In this document: positions 1 through 13,100 of the stretch, piece by piece
How positions within the stretch are numbered: position 1 is the first letter of the stretch
Layout of the letters: the number at the start of each line of letters is the position of its first letter
Origin: Rhizaria sp. SCN 62-66
Taxonomy: Eukaryota
Assembly: GCA_001724265.1 (NCBI GenBank)
Contig: MEDY01000222.1
Coordinates: 1 to 48,251 of the forward strand
DNA length: 48,251 nt
Direction: 5' to 3'
The notes under the pieces: generated by a model
Seen by the model: only the letters and a program-made list of their open reading frames with translations
Databases searched by the model: none
Told to the model about the DNA's origin: nothing
Program-made: the position numbers and the translations under genes

Positions 1-2429
1 GGGGGGTTACAGCCGTAGTCAGCACGTGATAATAGCATCATCAATAATAAAAATAAACATGTACGTAATACATGTCCAAGAGAATAAGAAGCAATAGAGC
101 GTGTGTATTCAGGAAGAGCTATCAAAGTCACCAACTCGTGTTTCACCAACACGAGTCTCTTATTCCTACTTTGGATGAGCTAAGAACCAACGAAGAAAGT
201 CAAGCGTGTGTGAGTTATAAAGTCGAGTGTTCTATTGTTTCTTTGTTGTGTGTCGCCACAGAACAAAAAGTGAGAGTGTTGAGAGTCAGTCGATAGAACG
301 GTAACATCAGCTCCGACTGTTGGGTCGGACATTATGGTGATCTATGCTTTTAAATTCTTAACTTCATCATCCCCAACACTACACAAAGAACAAACAACCT
401 CATACAAGACAATAAGCAACCCCTCTGTACTAAGAGAGTGACTAAATATGGTCAAGTTGAGTCAGATCAAAGCGGGATAACGGAGGCGGAGCCGCGTACC
501 TGCTTACTCAGCTGACAGCAGTTTTACTTGCAAAGCTGCAGAAACGATAGCGAAAGCACACAACAACCTGCGAAAGAGTAAAGCGAGATGGAGTAGAGTG
601 ATATAAATGAGAATAATGTGTAGAAAGCGCGAGTTGTGCTATGTCCTCAAAGAGTATAAAAGTATGGTTTTGAATCGAATCAGTTGTAGCGTTTTCTCAA
701 CATATCCACTCTTGTGGAGTCAGGCGAAAGAAGACAAAATTTATATTCATCATAAATCAAAACAAAACCAAGTACAGAGAGACTAGCTTGCGGGCTAAAA
801 CAAAGTTCTCGAGTGACTAAGGTGTTTGCAAGGAACGAGAACATACCTTGAGGAAGTGTGCTTGTCTGGGGTGTTCTCTTTCGAGCCGCAGTAAGGACAA
901 CTTGTGTGAGACAGTAGATCGACTGAGAAACAAAGCGGGACAGACGTAGAAAGAAGAAAGGCGAGTGGTGAGACGAGGGACTAAACGAGAGATACGCTGA
1001 GAGAAAGTTGGTTTGGTTTGTAAATTGCGTCAGATAGGGGCGATATGTGTCCACAAGCCTACAGCACATTCGCATGCGCCGTTGATTGAGAAGGGTTTAC
1101 TTGGTTGAAATCGAATCATCACGAGAATACGCACAGAAGTAGTGGAATGTGGGGGGTTTTAAAAGCAGAACGGGATGGCGAACTAGACATACCTGAACGA
1201 CGAGAGGCAGTGCTAGATCAGCACAGCGAAAAGGAGAACGAATTAAACGTCTCAGTCAAGAGCGCAACATGGGCTCACGAAAAAGAGAGGCCAAAGTTGC
1301 AAACAAATAGATTAAAATAGCCAAAAGCTGGTCTTAATCAAGTCGGCAACTCGAAGCCTTGGGTGCTCGAGTGCCCTTGTGAGGCGGCACTAGAGACACA
1401 CAAAAAAATCCGGGACAAAGCAAGAACAGATCTGACATAGCAGCGAGAGCGAAAACACTCTCATAAGCTAGAAATGGCCAGGATCACAGCGCAAGACTAT
1501 CTCTAAGAGTAGAGAAGCCGCTCGGGGAGTGAGCTCGGCTGAGCCGTGGTTGGCGCCGATTTTCCTGAAGGATAAATTAGCACAAACCAGGCTCCTGTTC
1601 GCAAATTGAAATTAGAAACAATACTTAAGAGTACTCAAGCATCGCATCTAACCCAACTTCGATGCATTTCGCGAAATCTATCGCTGTAAGCAGGCTTTGT
1701 ACTGATCTCCTCGAACCTGCCCTCGTCCTCACGCACCGACCGGACGACCTAACTTTTTTGAAGTCGATTGTGGGCAAAACGGATCGATTCGCTTGCTCTG
1801 CTCGTCGATCTGGCCGTCGGACTGACTGGCTGGCTGAGGAGTTCGTAAAAAATCGGACTCGCGAATATCCTTTGCGGAAGGATTGTGGGTGTTTAGTTCG
1901 CTCGTTTGGAATCTGTATTTACCCAAAATCTACACGCGTACCGGTTCTTTTCTGTTGTAGTAGTATATCATCTATTGATGTTCAAACGGGAACGTACTTC
2001 GTTGTCAAACCCCCTTCGCGACGTCGTCCTCTCGTCCCCATCCCCAGACCCTAATATTACTCACCAGCAAGTGGCATTAGGCTCTTGGCTCAAATTAAAA
2101 CACAGCAACGCATTTATTATTCTAATTTCCCTACTTTTATCTTACTGTTGACTCTTCCTGTGTTTACCTGCGCCCTCCAGACCCCGTCCCCCGCTCGCCC
2201 CGCTCGCTTGCTTCGTGGACTGCCCGCCTACGCGTGCCCCTGACCTCCTCCTCCAGCTCGGCGCCCACGCGCCCCCGCGCTGCCCCGCACTTTCCCCCGC
2301 GCGCTCATTGTGCCCCGCGCCGCGCTTTTGCCGTGACCGGCCCTCGTTGACGCGCACCGTCGCCGCGCAAGCGCCCGCTCTCGTCGACTCTACTTTGCTC
2401 GGCTCAACCCTGCTCTGCTTTGCTCCCCG

Positions 2430-2584
2430 ATGTCAGCAACAGCAGCCACAGCGGCTAGAGCAGCTGAAACTGCTCTCGTTGCTGCTCATGTGACCGCTTC
2501 CACAGCTGCCGCCGCTGCCCTGCCCATCTCAGCGTCGCCAGACCTCCCTGCTGTGCCAGCAGCGGGGGTGGGCGTGCCAGCTGA

Positions 2585-2615
<31 letters not shown>

Positions 2616-5524
2616 AACAGCGGCAGCAGCCGCAGCCGCAGTATCAGCCCGAGCGTCCACACCTTTAGTCCCAACGCCCCCAACGTCACCGCGAGCAGCG
2701 CCAACATCGCGGCTAATGCAAACGCTAACTCTAACGCTGCTGCTGCTACTGCTGCTGCTGGTCCTACGGTTGACGCTGCAGGTCTGCCGCCGCTGAGCCC
2801 TTTCCCTCCGGCGCGCGCGCTCGCCGCTGCCGCCGCCGCGGCCGCCGCTGCAACGGCCTCCGGCTCGGCCACCGCGTCTGCGTCTCCCAAGAGCAGCACG
2901 CGCTCGCCTGTCTTTGCGTCGGGTCTCAGCCCAAGCATGAGCCCTGCTGCCCTCGACAACCCCAACGCTCTCGCCAACAATAACAACAATAATAACGGCT
3001 TTAATCACAATAATCCACCAGGAACACCTGGCAACGCGCCCGGTACGCGCGGCAGTGCCGGTGGCGGCACCACGAGTCCGCCGGGGCTGCCCCGCGCCGC
3101 TACGGTCGGCGCCAACGCCGCCGCCGGGTCAAGTGGTCACGGCAGCGCCGCCCACACCCCGCATCACGCCCACAACCTCGCTATGGCGGGGGCGGGGAAT
3201 GGCAATAGTTCGTTCAATGAGACCGTGAGCTTCGGTAGCGCGGGTCTCGTGCCGGCGCCGCTCACGACGACTTACAGCGACCTCCACACGCATCTGCGTA
3301 CGCATGGGGATACACATGGGGGCACGCAGGGTGCTCACGGCCATAACGCGGACGCGAACGCGCACGGCGGTGTCATCACTGGCGCGATCAATGAGGAAGA
3401 CACTGAGAGTGCCGCTAATGTAAGTGCTCCCGCCACTAGTGTAAGTGCCAAGGCCCCCGTCGGCGGTCTAAGCGCCCTCATCGGCGGTCTAAGTACCCCC
3501 GCGAACGGTCTAAGTACCAGCCATGGCCCTGCTCCAATTACTGGCACCGCTGCGTTCTCAGTGTTTAGCATTGGCTCAGGCATGTCCGCAAACAACAACA
3601 ACAACAACAACAACACCGTTGCGGCTCTTGCTGCCGGTGGAGATGTTGCTGCTGTTGATCCCAACAGCGCTGTGAACGCAAATGCTGTTGCTAACGATGC
3701 TGTCGCACCGGATGCGCCTGGCAGTATGATGCCGCAGCCTCCGGTGCCGCTGCCGTTGCTGCATACTCAAACGGCGTCGCCTCACTCCGCGTCAGCCTCC
3801 CGGCCGCAGTCGCGCTCGCAGCAGCAGCTGCTGCTGGGCCAATAGGGCCAGCAGCAGCAGCTGCAGTTAACGTCTGTGGCGATGTTGACGACGCCGTCGT
3901 CGTCTGTCAACACCAACTCCAACAGCAATAACCCTCTGCTCGGTAACGATAATAACAATAACAACAACAACAACAACAATAACAATAATCCCAGCTCGAG
4001 CTCTAACTCTAGCGCAAGCATCAACATGAACCCTGCTGCTGTGCTGAGTGCGAATGTAAACGATGCGACAATGTCTGTCGCTGGCAATGGCTTGGCGACT
4101 CATGCGCCGACACCGACTGTGCTCATGTCCGCCGGCGGCGCCTCTGCTGCCGGCACAGGTACGCATGGGCATGTGCTCCCGTTCACCGCGAATGGCGACC
4201 ACAGCCACAGCTCAACGGTGCCGAGCAACGCTGTGACAACGAACATCAACAGCGCGACAGCGGCTCACGGCAACGCGAACGCTGGTTCAAGTGCGCAGTA
4301 TAACCTGACTCTGTCGCCGACCAACGGCTCGTTTGCGTACTCGGCAACGACGGGATCCGTGGTCATGGGTTCCGGCGGCGGCTATAATAACAACAACAAC
4401 AGCACCAGCGGCTCCGTCGTGTACCCAGGTGTTCCTGTCGCGATGCCGGCCGCAATCGCTCTCGCCACCGCCGCTCAGAACAACTCTGTTCATCACCAGA
4501 ACAGCAACAATCATCTGACCATGAACGCGAACGCAAATGTTGACAACGTCGAGAGCAATAACGGTGTGAACAGCGTGATCGACGGTGACGCCAACGCCAA
4601 CTCCAGCGCCAGCGCCAGCGGTGCGAGTGCGGGTGCGGCGGCTGCGGCTGATGCTGGGCCTCTAGCCGCAGCGAACGACGTTGTTCTGGACGCGCGCGCC
4701 GTCGGTTTGCCGGTGCGCACGCAAACGGCGTTCCAGCTCAACAACAACAACAACAACATCAATGTGAACACCAATACGATGAATTCGAACGCGAACGGGT
4801 ACTCGCTTAGACCGTCAGCTGCCTCTGCTGCTGCGCTGACGGCCCTACCGGCCACAGTCGCAAACAACAACGCCAACGTTAGCCATAACGCTAACCCTAG
4901 CTCTAACTGTAGCTCTAGCTCTGCGGTTGTCGCTCCTGCGTTTAGTAGCAACGGGGGGGTGAACGCTGCAAATTCGTCAGACTCTAGCGCCAACGCCAAC
5001 GCTACTGCCACTGCGAATATGAATGCGAATGCGAATGCACTGGGCGCCGGTTTCGTAGTCCCGACCTCAGTCCCCCATCAGGGCCACTTCTCCATCATGC
5101 TGCCCGCGAACAGCACTGCCGCCTCCAATCTCAACTCCGCCGGCAACGCCGGTCTCGCCGCCGGCAACGCTGCGGGGACCGGGATCGGGCCGTACACCGC
5201 GACCAGCGCCACGTTCATCCCCATCCCCGCCGCCGCCGCCGCCGCCAACCAGACCGCGGCCGCGACTGGCAACTCTAACCCCAACCCCGGCGCCGGCGCT
5301 GGCGCTGGTGCTACGGCTGTAGGTGGTGCGCCCGCCTCAGGTCCTCTGGGGAGTTCGTTGGACGCAGCCAGCACGCTGCAAGCGTTGGCGTGGCACCAGC
5401 AGCAGATGCAGTCTCAACAGCAGCTGACGGCCAGCCACATGCCGGCGTACGCGGCGGCCACGCCGTCGCCCGCCGTGCTCAACGACACGGCGAGGCTGGC
5501 GCAGGCGCGGGAACAGTTTGCGAT

Positions 5525-5562
<38 letters not shown>

Positions 5563-5824
5563 GGCAACAGACTCAGCAGACTCAGCAGACTCAGCTACAG
5601 CAACAACAACAGCCTCCGCAGCAGCAGCCGCAACAGCAGGCGTGGTCGCCCTATCCAGCCCCGTCAGTGCAGTCGACAACCAACTCGACAGCGCAGCAAC
5701 AACAGCAGCAGCAGTTTGTGTTTCCCACGCCCGTCTCTCTGCAGTCTCAGGCGCAAACGCAAACGCAGCAGGCTCAGTACTACGGTCAGAGCCAGCCTCA
5801 GACACAGTATCAGTATCAGCAGCC

Positions 5825-5858
<34 letters not shown>

Positions 5859-5948
5859 TTGTATCCAACTTTGCCCCAGACTCTGCCTCAGAATCCGGCT
5901 CAGACCCAGGCTGTCGCTATCGATGCGTTTCCTCAGTATATTCTGACT

Positions 5949-5992
<44 letters not shown>

Positions 5993-8900
5993 GCCGGTTG
6001 CAGGGCAGTATCAGCAGGTTCAATTCGCACAGCAGCCTCTGCAACAGCAGTTGCCGCAGCAGCAACAGCAGCAGTATCAGCTACCCTTGCCTCAACAGCA
6101 GCATCAGCAGCAGCAGCCGCAACTGACGCAGTCGCTGTCTCAAGCTTCTCAGCCTCAACAGCAGCAGCCTCAGTACCAGTACCAACCGCAGTACCAGCAG
6201 CAGCCGCAGCTGCCGACTCAGTATCAGCCCGCTTTGATGCCTCAACAGCAGCAGCAGCAGCATCAGCAGCCGTATCAACAGCCGACTATGCAGCAGCCGC
6301 AACAGCTTCAGCCGCCGCCGCAGCAACAGCAGCTCTCACTCGCGCACTCCGTTTCCAGCAACAGCTTGTACACCGCGAACAACTCCAATCTGCTGAGCAC
6401 CTCGCCGTACACTGCCCCTTCTGCTGTCGCCGCGGTCTCCGCGAGTGACAGCGTGAGCCTCAGCAACAGCGTCGCCCTGAGCAACGCGGCCGCCGCGAGG
6501 GGCAGTGTGGCCGCTCCTGTTGGGCTCACCGAGGCGCAGATGGCACAGTTCCAGTATCAGTACCAGAACCAGCTCCAGCAACACCAACAGCAACAGCAGC
6601 AGCAGCAGCAGATGCAGTTGATGCAGCTCCAGCAGCAACAACAGCGGCAGCAACAACAACAGCAGCAGCAGCAGATTCAACTGCAGCAGTATCAACAGCA
6701 GCAGCAACAGCAGCAGCTGCAGCAACAGATCAGCAACACGTCCGGTGTCGCCACTATTGCGTCTGCCCCTCACTTCACTGCCCAATCGCCCGCCACCGCG
6801 CCGGTCGCTGCGCCGATCAACACGTCCCCGTACTTCGCCGCGGCCCCGGCTCCGGGCGCGCTTCCGGCCACTGCCTCCATGCCCGTGCCTGGGCCGATGC
6901 CAGTGCCGGGCGCAGGCGCGGGCGCAGCCTCGGTTGACCCCAACGCTACGGGGGGGGCGGGCATGATGGCGGTCGGCGCTCTGCCCACGACCGCGCACGG
7001 GAACGCTGCGACTGCGGCCGCTGTGCCTGTCGCGGTCGCTGTGGCTGCGAGCGCGCCGATCGCAAACGCCAACCAGCAGCAGTATCAGCAGCAACAGCAA
7101 CAGCGGGTTGCAGTGATGCCTACGGTCACAACAACGACACCCACACATCAGCAGCAGCAGCAGCAGCAGCAGGCGCGCCCCAACGCGATCAGCGGCAACC
7201 CGAGCAACAGCGGAACGCCCCTCAGCACGACGGCGAGCTCCAGCTCTGCGACCGCCTCTGCAGCGGCGACAAGCGCCGCGAGCGCGCGCCCCTCTGCCTC
7301 CGCGGTCAGCAACGTCCCCACAGCCGCCAACAATGCGGGCAACAGCGTTGTGACCGTCGGCCCTGCCATCCCCCTGCAGTTCTCCGCGACGCCGTTCGAT
7401 CCCGCCGCCGCGTACTCGATCGTCGACCTGTTGACCGGCCGCGTCTTCGCCCTGTCCCCCGCTGCCCGCGCCGCGCCCGCGGCCCCGTTGTACTCGGCCG
7501 CGCGCGCCGCCGCCGTGGCCGCGAGCCCGCGGCTCGGCTCGGGCTTCGCCCGGGACACGCGCGGCATCCTGGCCGGGATTCTGAGCTTCCTCACCCTAAA
7601 GGAGTTGCTATCTCTGTCGCAGGTGTCGCGGCACATGCACGCCGCCGTGCACACGACGCTGCGCTACAGCGACACGCTCGATCTGGCGCAGTTCTGGTCC
7701 GCGCTGGGCGTCAAGCGCTCGCGCCGCGTCGTTGCGCTCGCCAGCGAGATGCGCTCGGTCAAAACGGTGTCGCTCGCTTTCTGCAACCTCGTCACGGACC
7801 GCTTCGTCGCGGACGTGCTGAAAGCGCTGTACCCGACGCCGCCGCAGCGCCAGCAGCTGCGGTCGTTCAACGCCTATTACTGTTACAAGCTCACGGACGC
7901 GTTTGTGGCGATGTTCGTGCGGCACTTCACTAACGTGACGCACGTCGACCTCGGCCGCTGCCTTTCGCTCACTGACGTCTCGTTTTCGCTGCTGTCCCAG
8001 CTGCCCAAGCTCAAGTCCCTCTCGTTCGCCGGCTCGCCGCACCTCTCGCTATGCATGGCGGACCTGCTGACGTCAGCAAGCGACCCCGTCAAGAACACGC
8101 CGATGCCTTTCCCGGCCCTGCGGGACCTCAACGTCGAAGGCTGTTTGCAGCGCATTTGCCGCCGCAGTGACTTGGAGACGATCCGCAGGCTGCGGCCGCG
8201 GCTGCGCATCCAGTTCGTGCCCGTCGACGCCAACTCTTCCTCTTCAAGCGGCGGCGGCGCGAGCGGCGCGGGCTCGGGCGCCAACAGCAACTCCGCCGGC
8301 AGCGACGCCTCTGGCGGCGGGGGCGGCGGCTCGGGCGCGGGCGCGGGCTCGGGCTCCGCCGGCACCGTCAATGGGAACACGGTGGGCGACGACGAGGACG
8401 AGGCCGAGGCCCGTGAGGAGGAAGAGTTGGCTGAGGCACGGGAGTCGTTCGTCACGTCGACGCTCTTCAACGCGGCCAAGAGCGCGAACGAGGAGTATAA
8501 CAACGCCGTCAACAACGCGGCCGACAATGCCGCCGCTCGTGCTAAGGCCGAGATTGTGACTGAGACCGCGGCGGTCGCTGAAGCTGGTCCTGCTCCAGCT
8601 CCGGCTCCTGCTGTTGAGGCTGAGGCTGAGGCTGAGGCTGAGGCTCAAACGGAGGCTGCTGAGACTGAGACTGCTGATGCTGCTGCTAAGCCTGATGTTG
8701 CGGTTGCTGAGGCTGAGGCTGAGGCCGATAAGAAGACTGGCAAGACCAACGCTGACCCCGCGGAGGCTGCTGCTGAGGCTCCTGCTCCCGAGGCTGAGAC
8801 TGAGACTGCTGATGCCAAAGCTGCGGACACCGAGGCGGGCACTGGCGATCCAACTGTTGATGCAAAGGCTGACTCTGACGGCGCCAAGGCTAAGGCTCAG

Positions 8901-9527
8901 ACTGGGGCTGCTGAATCAACGCCTGAGAGTGAGACTGAGGCGGCGGACAAGCCTGAGACCGAGACTAAGGCTGAGGCAGCTAAGGCCGACGAGCAGACTG
9001 AGGCTGAGGCCGACGCTGCCGCAGACTCGAAGACCGAGACTGAAGCGAAGCTTGAGTCGGAGTCTGAGACTGAGACTGCAGCCGAGCCCAAGACTGAGGC
9101 TGAGGCCGACGCGAAAGCTGAGTCTGATTCGAAGGCGGATAAGGCTGAGGCCGAGGTTGAGGCTGAGGCTGAGGTTGAGGCTGAGGCTGACTCCAAGGCT
9201 GACTCTAAGGCTGATTCTAAGGCTGAAGGCGCCGACGCTGAGGATGAGAAGACGAAGACAAAGGCTGAGGCTGATACAGAAGCAGCAAAGACTGAGTCCG
9301 AGCCAGACACTGCAGCTGCCGTCACTCAGGCTGATTCTGAGAAGCCTGAGGCTGAGGCTGAGGCTGAGTCTGCTGAGGATGCTGATGATGGCGTTACGAC
9401 AGCCAAGTCTGAGGTCAACGCAGAGCCAGAAAATACTGCGGAGACTGCGACAGAGTCTGCTACACAGAAGATGGCGAACAAGAAGGCAAACAAGTCTACT
9501 GCCGCGACTCCCAGAAAGAAGGCGTAA
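2430..9527 (+). CDS. Giant F-box/leucine-rich-repeat (FBXL-type) protein, ~2365 aa if the in-frame TAG at 3843-3845 is read as sense; N/Q/A-rich N-terminal region and acidic Glu/Ala-rich tail
   Basis: ORFs 2430..3845 and 3876..9527 are in the same frame, separated only by one TAG (GGC CAA TAG GGC CAG CAG), with the same low-complexity composition on both sides. There is an F-box-like motif (ILAGILSFLTLKELLSLSQVSRHMHAAV, ~7566-7650) followed by cysteine-containing LRRs (VSLAFCNLVTD, FNAYYCYKLTD, VDLGRCLSLTD, LNVEGC). The gene ends in TAA at 9525-9527 and has no AT-rich intron. Confidence 0.75.
3843..3845 (+). other. In-frame TAG codon inside the F-box/LRR gene (candidate sense codon)
   Basis: Context translates SQQQLLLGQ*GQQQQLQL. 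The frame is open for 471 codons before it and ~1890 codons after it. Confidence 0.7.
5524..7170 (+). repeat. Dense CAG/CAA trinucleotide tracts encoding polyglutamine and Q/P/Y-rich low-complexity sequence
   Basis: Many (CAG)n runs are visible, e.g. from ~5526, ~5826, ~5949, ~6580-6730 and ~7149. Confidence 0.95.
8616..9370 (+). repeat. Degenerate GAGGCT/GAGACT hexamer repeats encoding an acidic (EA/ET)n tail
   Basis: Runs such as gaggctgaggctgaggct at 8616-8646, 9145-9190 and 9348-9366, plus a near-exact ADSK x3 repeat at ~9186-9221. Confidence 0.85.
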
Positions 9528-10143
9528 TATGCCTGTCTGCAAGCACACAACGCAGACAAGCAAGAACTCTAGACACTGTACAACCACCTTTTTAAAAAGA
9601 AAAGAAGAAAGATATGTCTCACTAGAGCGGCTCTGGTGAGACTATTGTGATCACACCCGTATAGCTTAGATCCCGTACTACTCATTTATCCTGTTTACTT
9701 AAATACATCCAACTGTTTTATTCCTCTATTTCTTCATTATAAATTATGCAATCGTGTTTGTGGTGGAAACTGGGCTTTGCTCACGGTCAGTACCAGCCGA
9801 CAGCTCACGGTCACTATTTTAGGCAGCGACAGTTATTCCCAAGTTCGAACCGCTGTCGACGTTTTGTTTTGAAGGTTAACCGCAGTGATCGTCTCCGTAA
9901 GGCATTTAAATGTGGAGAAATGTTTCCGACGGCTTGTTTCATTCTATAATTTGTTGCTGCTGCTATTCTCGCGCGTGCGCGTTGTACATACCGCGCTTTT
10001 TCGTTCTGCCCCGAGGGCCTCAGCTTGAACGGTCTTGTTGGAGGCCCTTCCAGCGTCCTCTTCTTTTGCCTCCAGCGCCCTCCCATGACCGTAGCTCACG
10101 CTTTCTTCTTTTGCTTCGTATAATTCGCACGTGCAGGGCTACG

Positions 10144-13100
10144 ATGTGGTGCTCGAGGTACTTCCTATCTCTCGTGCTACTCGCATCACTCGTCCTCTCT
10201 GTTTTGCCGTTTTCGGCAGCCTCAGAGCTGGGTGCCTGCTCGACGTGCCCTTCCGGCCACTACTGCGAGAAGGCCGTCGATGCCCCTCACCTTGCAACTC
10301 CGACTCCTTGCCCCGCCGGCACCTACTCCGCGTCCACCGGCCGCTCCTCTGCGCAAACCTGCCGCGCCTGTCCCGCAGGCTACCTCTGCGCCACCGCTGG
10401 CATCACCCACTTCGACTCTGTCCGCTGCCCCGCCGGTGCCTTTTGCCCCGAGGGCACCGCGGCCGCCGTCCCCTGCCCCGTCGGCACGTTCCAGCCCTCC
10501 ACTGGCGCGTCCTCGCTCGATGAGTGCCTTCCCTGCCCCGCCGGCGCCGTTTGCGCCGCCCCGGCAACTCTGGTGCCCGCCCCCTGCCCCCTCGGCAAGC
10601 TCTGCCCCGCCAAGACCTGGGAGCCCCTCCAGTGTCCCCCCGGCCACTACTGCCCGCCTGCGTCCACCGCCAGCGCCAGCGCCGCCCTCCACGGCGCCTC
10701 GGCTGCATCCGTGAGCGCCCGCGGCGGCGGCTTCGAGGCAATCCCCTGCCCCGCCGGCTTCTACTGCGGCCCCATCGACGCCTCGGCCGCCGTGCCCTGC
10801 CCCGTCGGCACCTTTTGCCCCGCGCGCGCCGCCGCCCCCGAGCCCTGCCCTGCGGGCCACTCTGCGCGAGTCGGCCCGACGGTGTTCGACGGCGCGCGTG
10901 ACTCGCTCGACGCGGCCTGCGCCGCGTGTGCGCCGGGCACCTGGCAGCGCCGCGGCGACACCACCGGCCAGTGCGAGCCCTGCCCCGCCGGCCACACCTG
11001 CCCCGGGGGCGGCCTCGTCGTTGCCCCCGCTGCAGCCGCCCCGCGCGCCGTCCCCGTGAGCACCTACGGTCACGATGAGGCCGAGATGGACACGATGTGC
11101 CCGGCCGGCCACTACTGCCCCGCGGGCTCCGCCGTGCCGGTCGCCTGCCCCGCCGGGTCGTTCAACCCGCTGCGCGGCGCCGGCGCGCCCGCCGACTGCC
11201 TGCCGTGCCCCGCAGACACGTTCTCCGCCGCCGCGGCCGCGACCAGCTGCCGCGCGTGCCCGGCCCACGCGACTGCCGCCGCGGGCTCTGCCGCCTGCGC
11301 GTGCGCCGCCGCGGGCCGCGTCTTCTTCCCCGCGGACCGCTCGTGCCGCTGCAAGCCCGGGTTTGAGCTCAGCCCGCTGGCCGCGCTCGCGGAGGCCAAG
11401 GCCAAGGCCGCCGCCGCGGCTGCCGCCGCGGTCGCTGCCCGCACCCCGCTGACGGCCCGGCTCTCACGCGCCTTCACCAAGCTCACCAGCGGCGTCAACC
11501 GGGCCGCCGCCGACGCTGACTTTGAGGACGGCTCTGAGGCCGACGCTGACCGTGAGGACGACTCTGAGGCCGCTGCCGCGCAGGCCGCCGCCGAAGCCGC
11601 CGACGCCGTGTCGCTCTCTGACATCGAGCTCTCTGCCTACGACTGCCGCGAGACTGTGTACGAGCGGTGCGCCGCGCACGAGGCCCGCGCCGCCAACGGC
11701 AAGTGCGTCGACCGCAGCGGCGCGCACTGTGCGCAGGTCTGCGGCACTGCTGCTTCGGCTAGCACCATCGCTGATGCTGACGCGCCCCTCGAGTCCGCCG
11801 ACACCGTCCTCCAGTTCATCGACCACAGCAACGGCAATAGCCGCGGCAACATGAATGTGAACGGTACGTTCGCGAAGCGTGCGACCTCTGCCCGCGCGCA
11901 TGGCCACTACTTCGACGCCAAGCTCGGCATCTGCCAGTGCCGCGACGCCGCGACGCTGATCGAGAACGTCTGCGACGCCGACTGCCGCGCCCGCGCCCCC
12001 GTGCTCGCTCTCGCGCCTTCCCTCATCAATGCCAACAGCAACGACAACGGCAACGGTAAGACTGCGCTTGACGTCGTCGTCACTCTGCCCAACGGCGCCA
12101 ACGCGCAGCAGTTCGACCAGTACCGTATCTCCGCCGCCCAGGCCGGCTTCACCGCGTCCTCGCTCCCCACCGTCTGCAACAGCAACAGTGACATTGGCAG
12201 TGACAGCGACAGCATGCTGTGCCGCGCCCACCTGGCCTCGGTCAGCCCGCGCGGCGTCGGCGCGCTCTTCTCGCTGCCCGCCACAATCGCCACCGCGCTC
12301 AGCGCCGCCTACCCGGACTCGACCGCGCTCCAGACGTACCTCGCGCGCGCCGGCACTGCCGCCGGCACGCGTGACGGCACGCGTACTGGTGCGCGCGCGC
12401 TGTTTGCGACGGGCAGCAGCGACATCGTCGTCTACCCGGTCGTCTTCTGCCTCAAGCCCAGCGAGAGCCTCGTATTCGAATTCTCCCCGGCCAGCAACTC
12501 GTACCCGACGTACGACGCCGCGAACCTGCTCAACACTAACTCAGCGTTCGACTACTCGCTTTTCACCAACCTGCCCGCGCAGTTCCCCACCCCGGCCTCG
12601 GTCACCACGGCCATCTTCGGCTTCACGTTCACCGACCCCGGCACATACGTCTTCGTCGACTCGGCCGACGCGGACAAGATGTCGATTGTGCGCGTGCTTG
12701 ATGCCGCGCAGACCTGCCCCGCCGGGTCCACGGGCCGCGTCAGCTCGATCTCCAGCGCCACGCTCGCCGAGCTCGGCGTCATCGAGTCCAGCTCCGTGCT
12801 CACCAAGCCCAACTGGGACCTCATCGGCATTCTCCTTGCCATCTTTGTTGTGCTTATTCTCATTATCCTCTTCTCGCTGTGCTGCCTGCAGCACGTCGGC
12901 TGGGGCACTGCGCCCGCCAAGGATCCGCTTTACCGTCGCGAGGCCCAGGTACGTGCAACAGATAGATCTCGCTTATACCACATGTTTATGTGCTTAGTTT
13001 ATATTTAACTTGTATTCTTAGTTATTTATTAAAATTGCCTGAATTCATGTTAAAATACTCACAGATGCCGTTGCTATTTCCTCTTGTTGTTTGTTCCTCT

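Noticed and set aside
1-2429. Short ORFs and splice-like motifs at the left end (possible 5' part of a minus-strand gene leaving the window)
   Set aside because: The region is AT-rich with no coding bias or domain, and no consistent gene model could be built.
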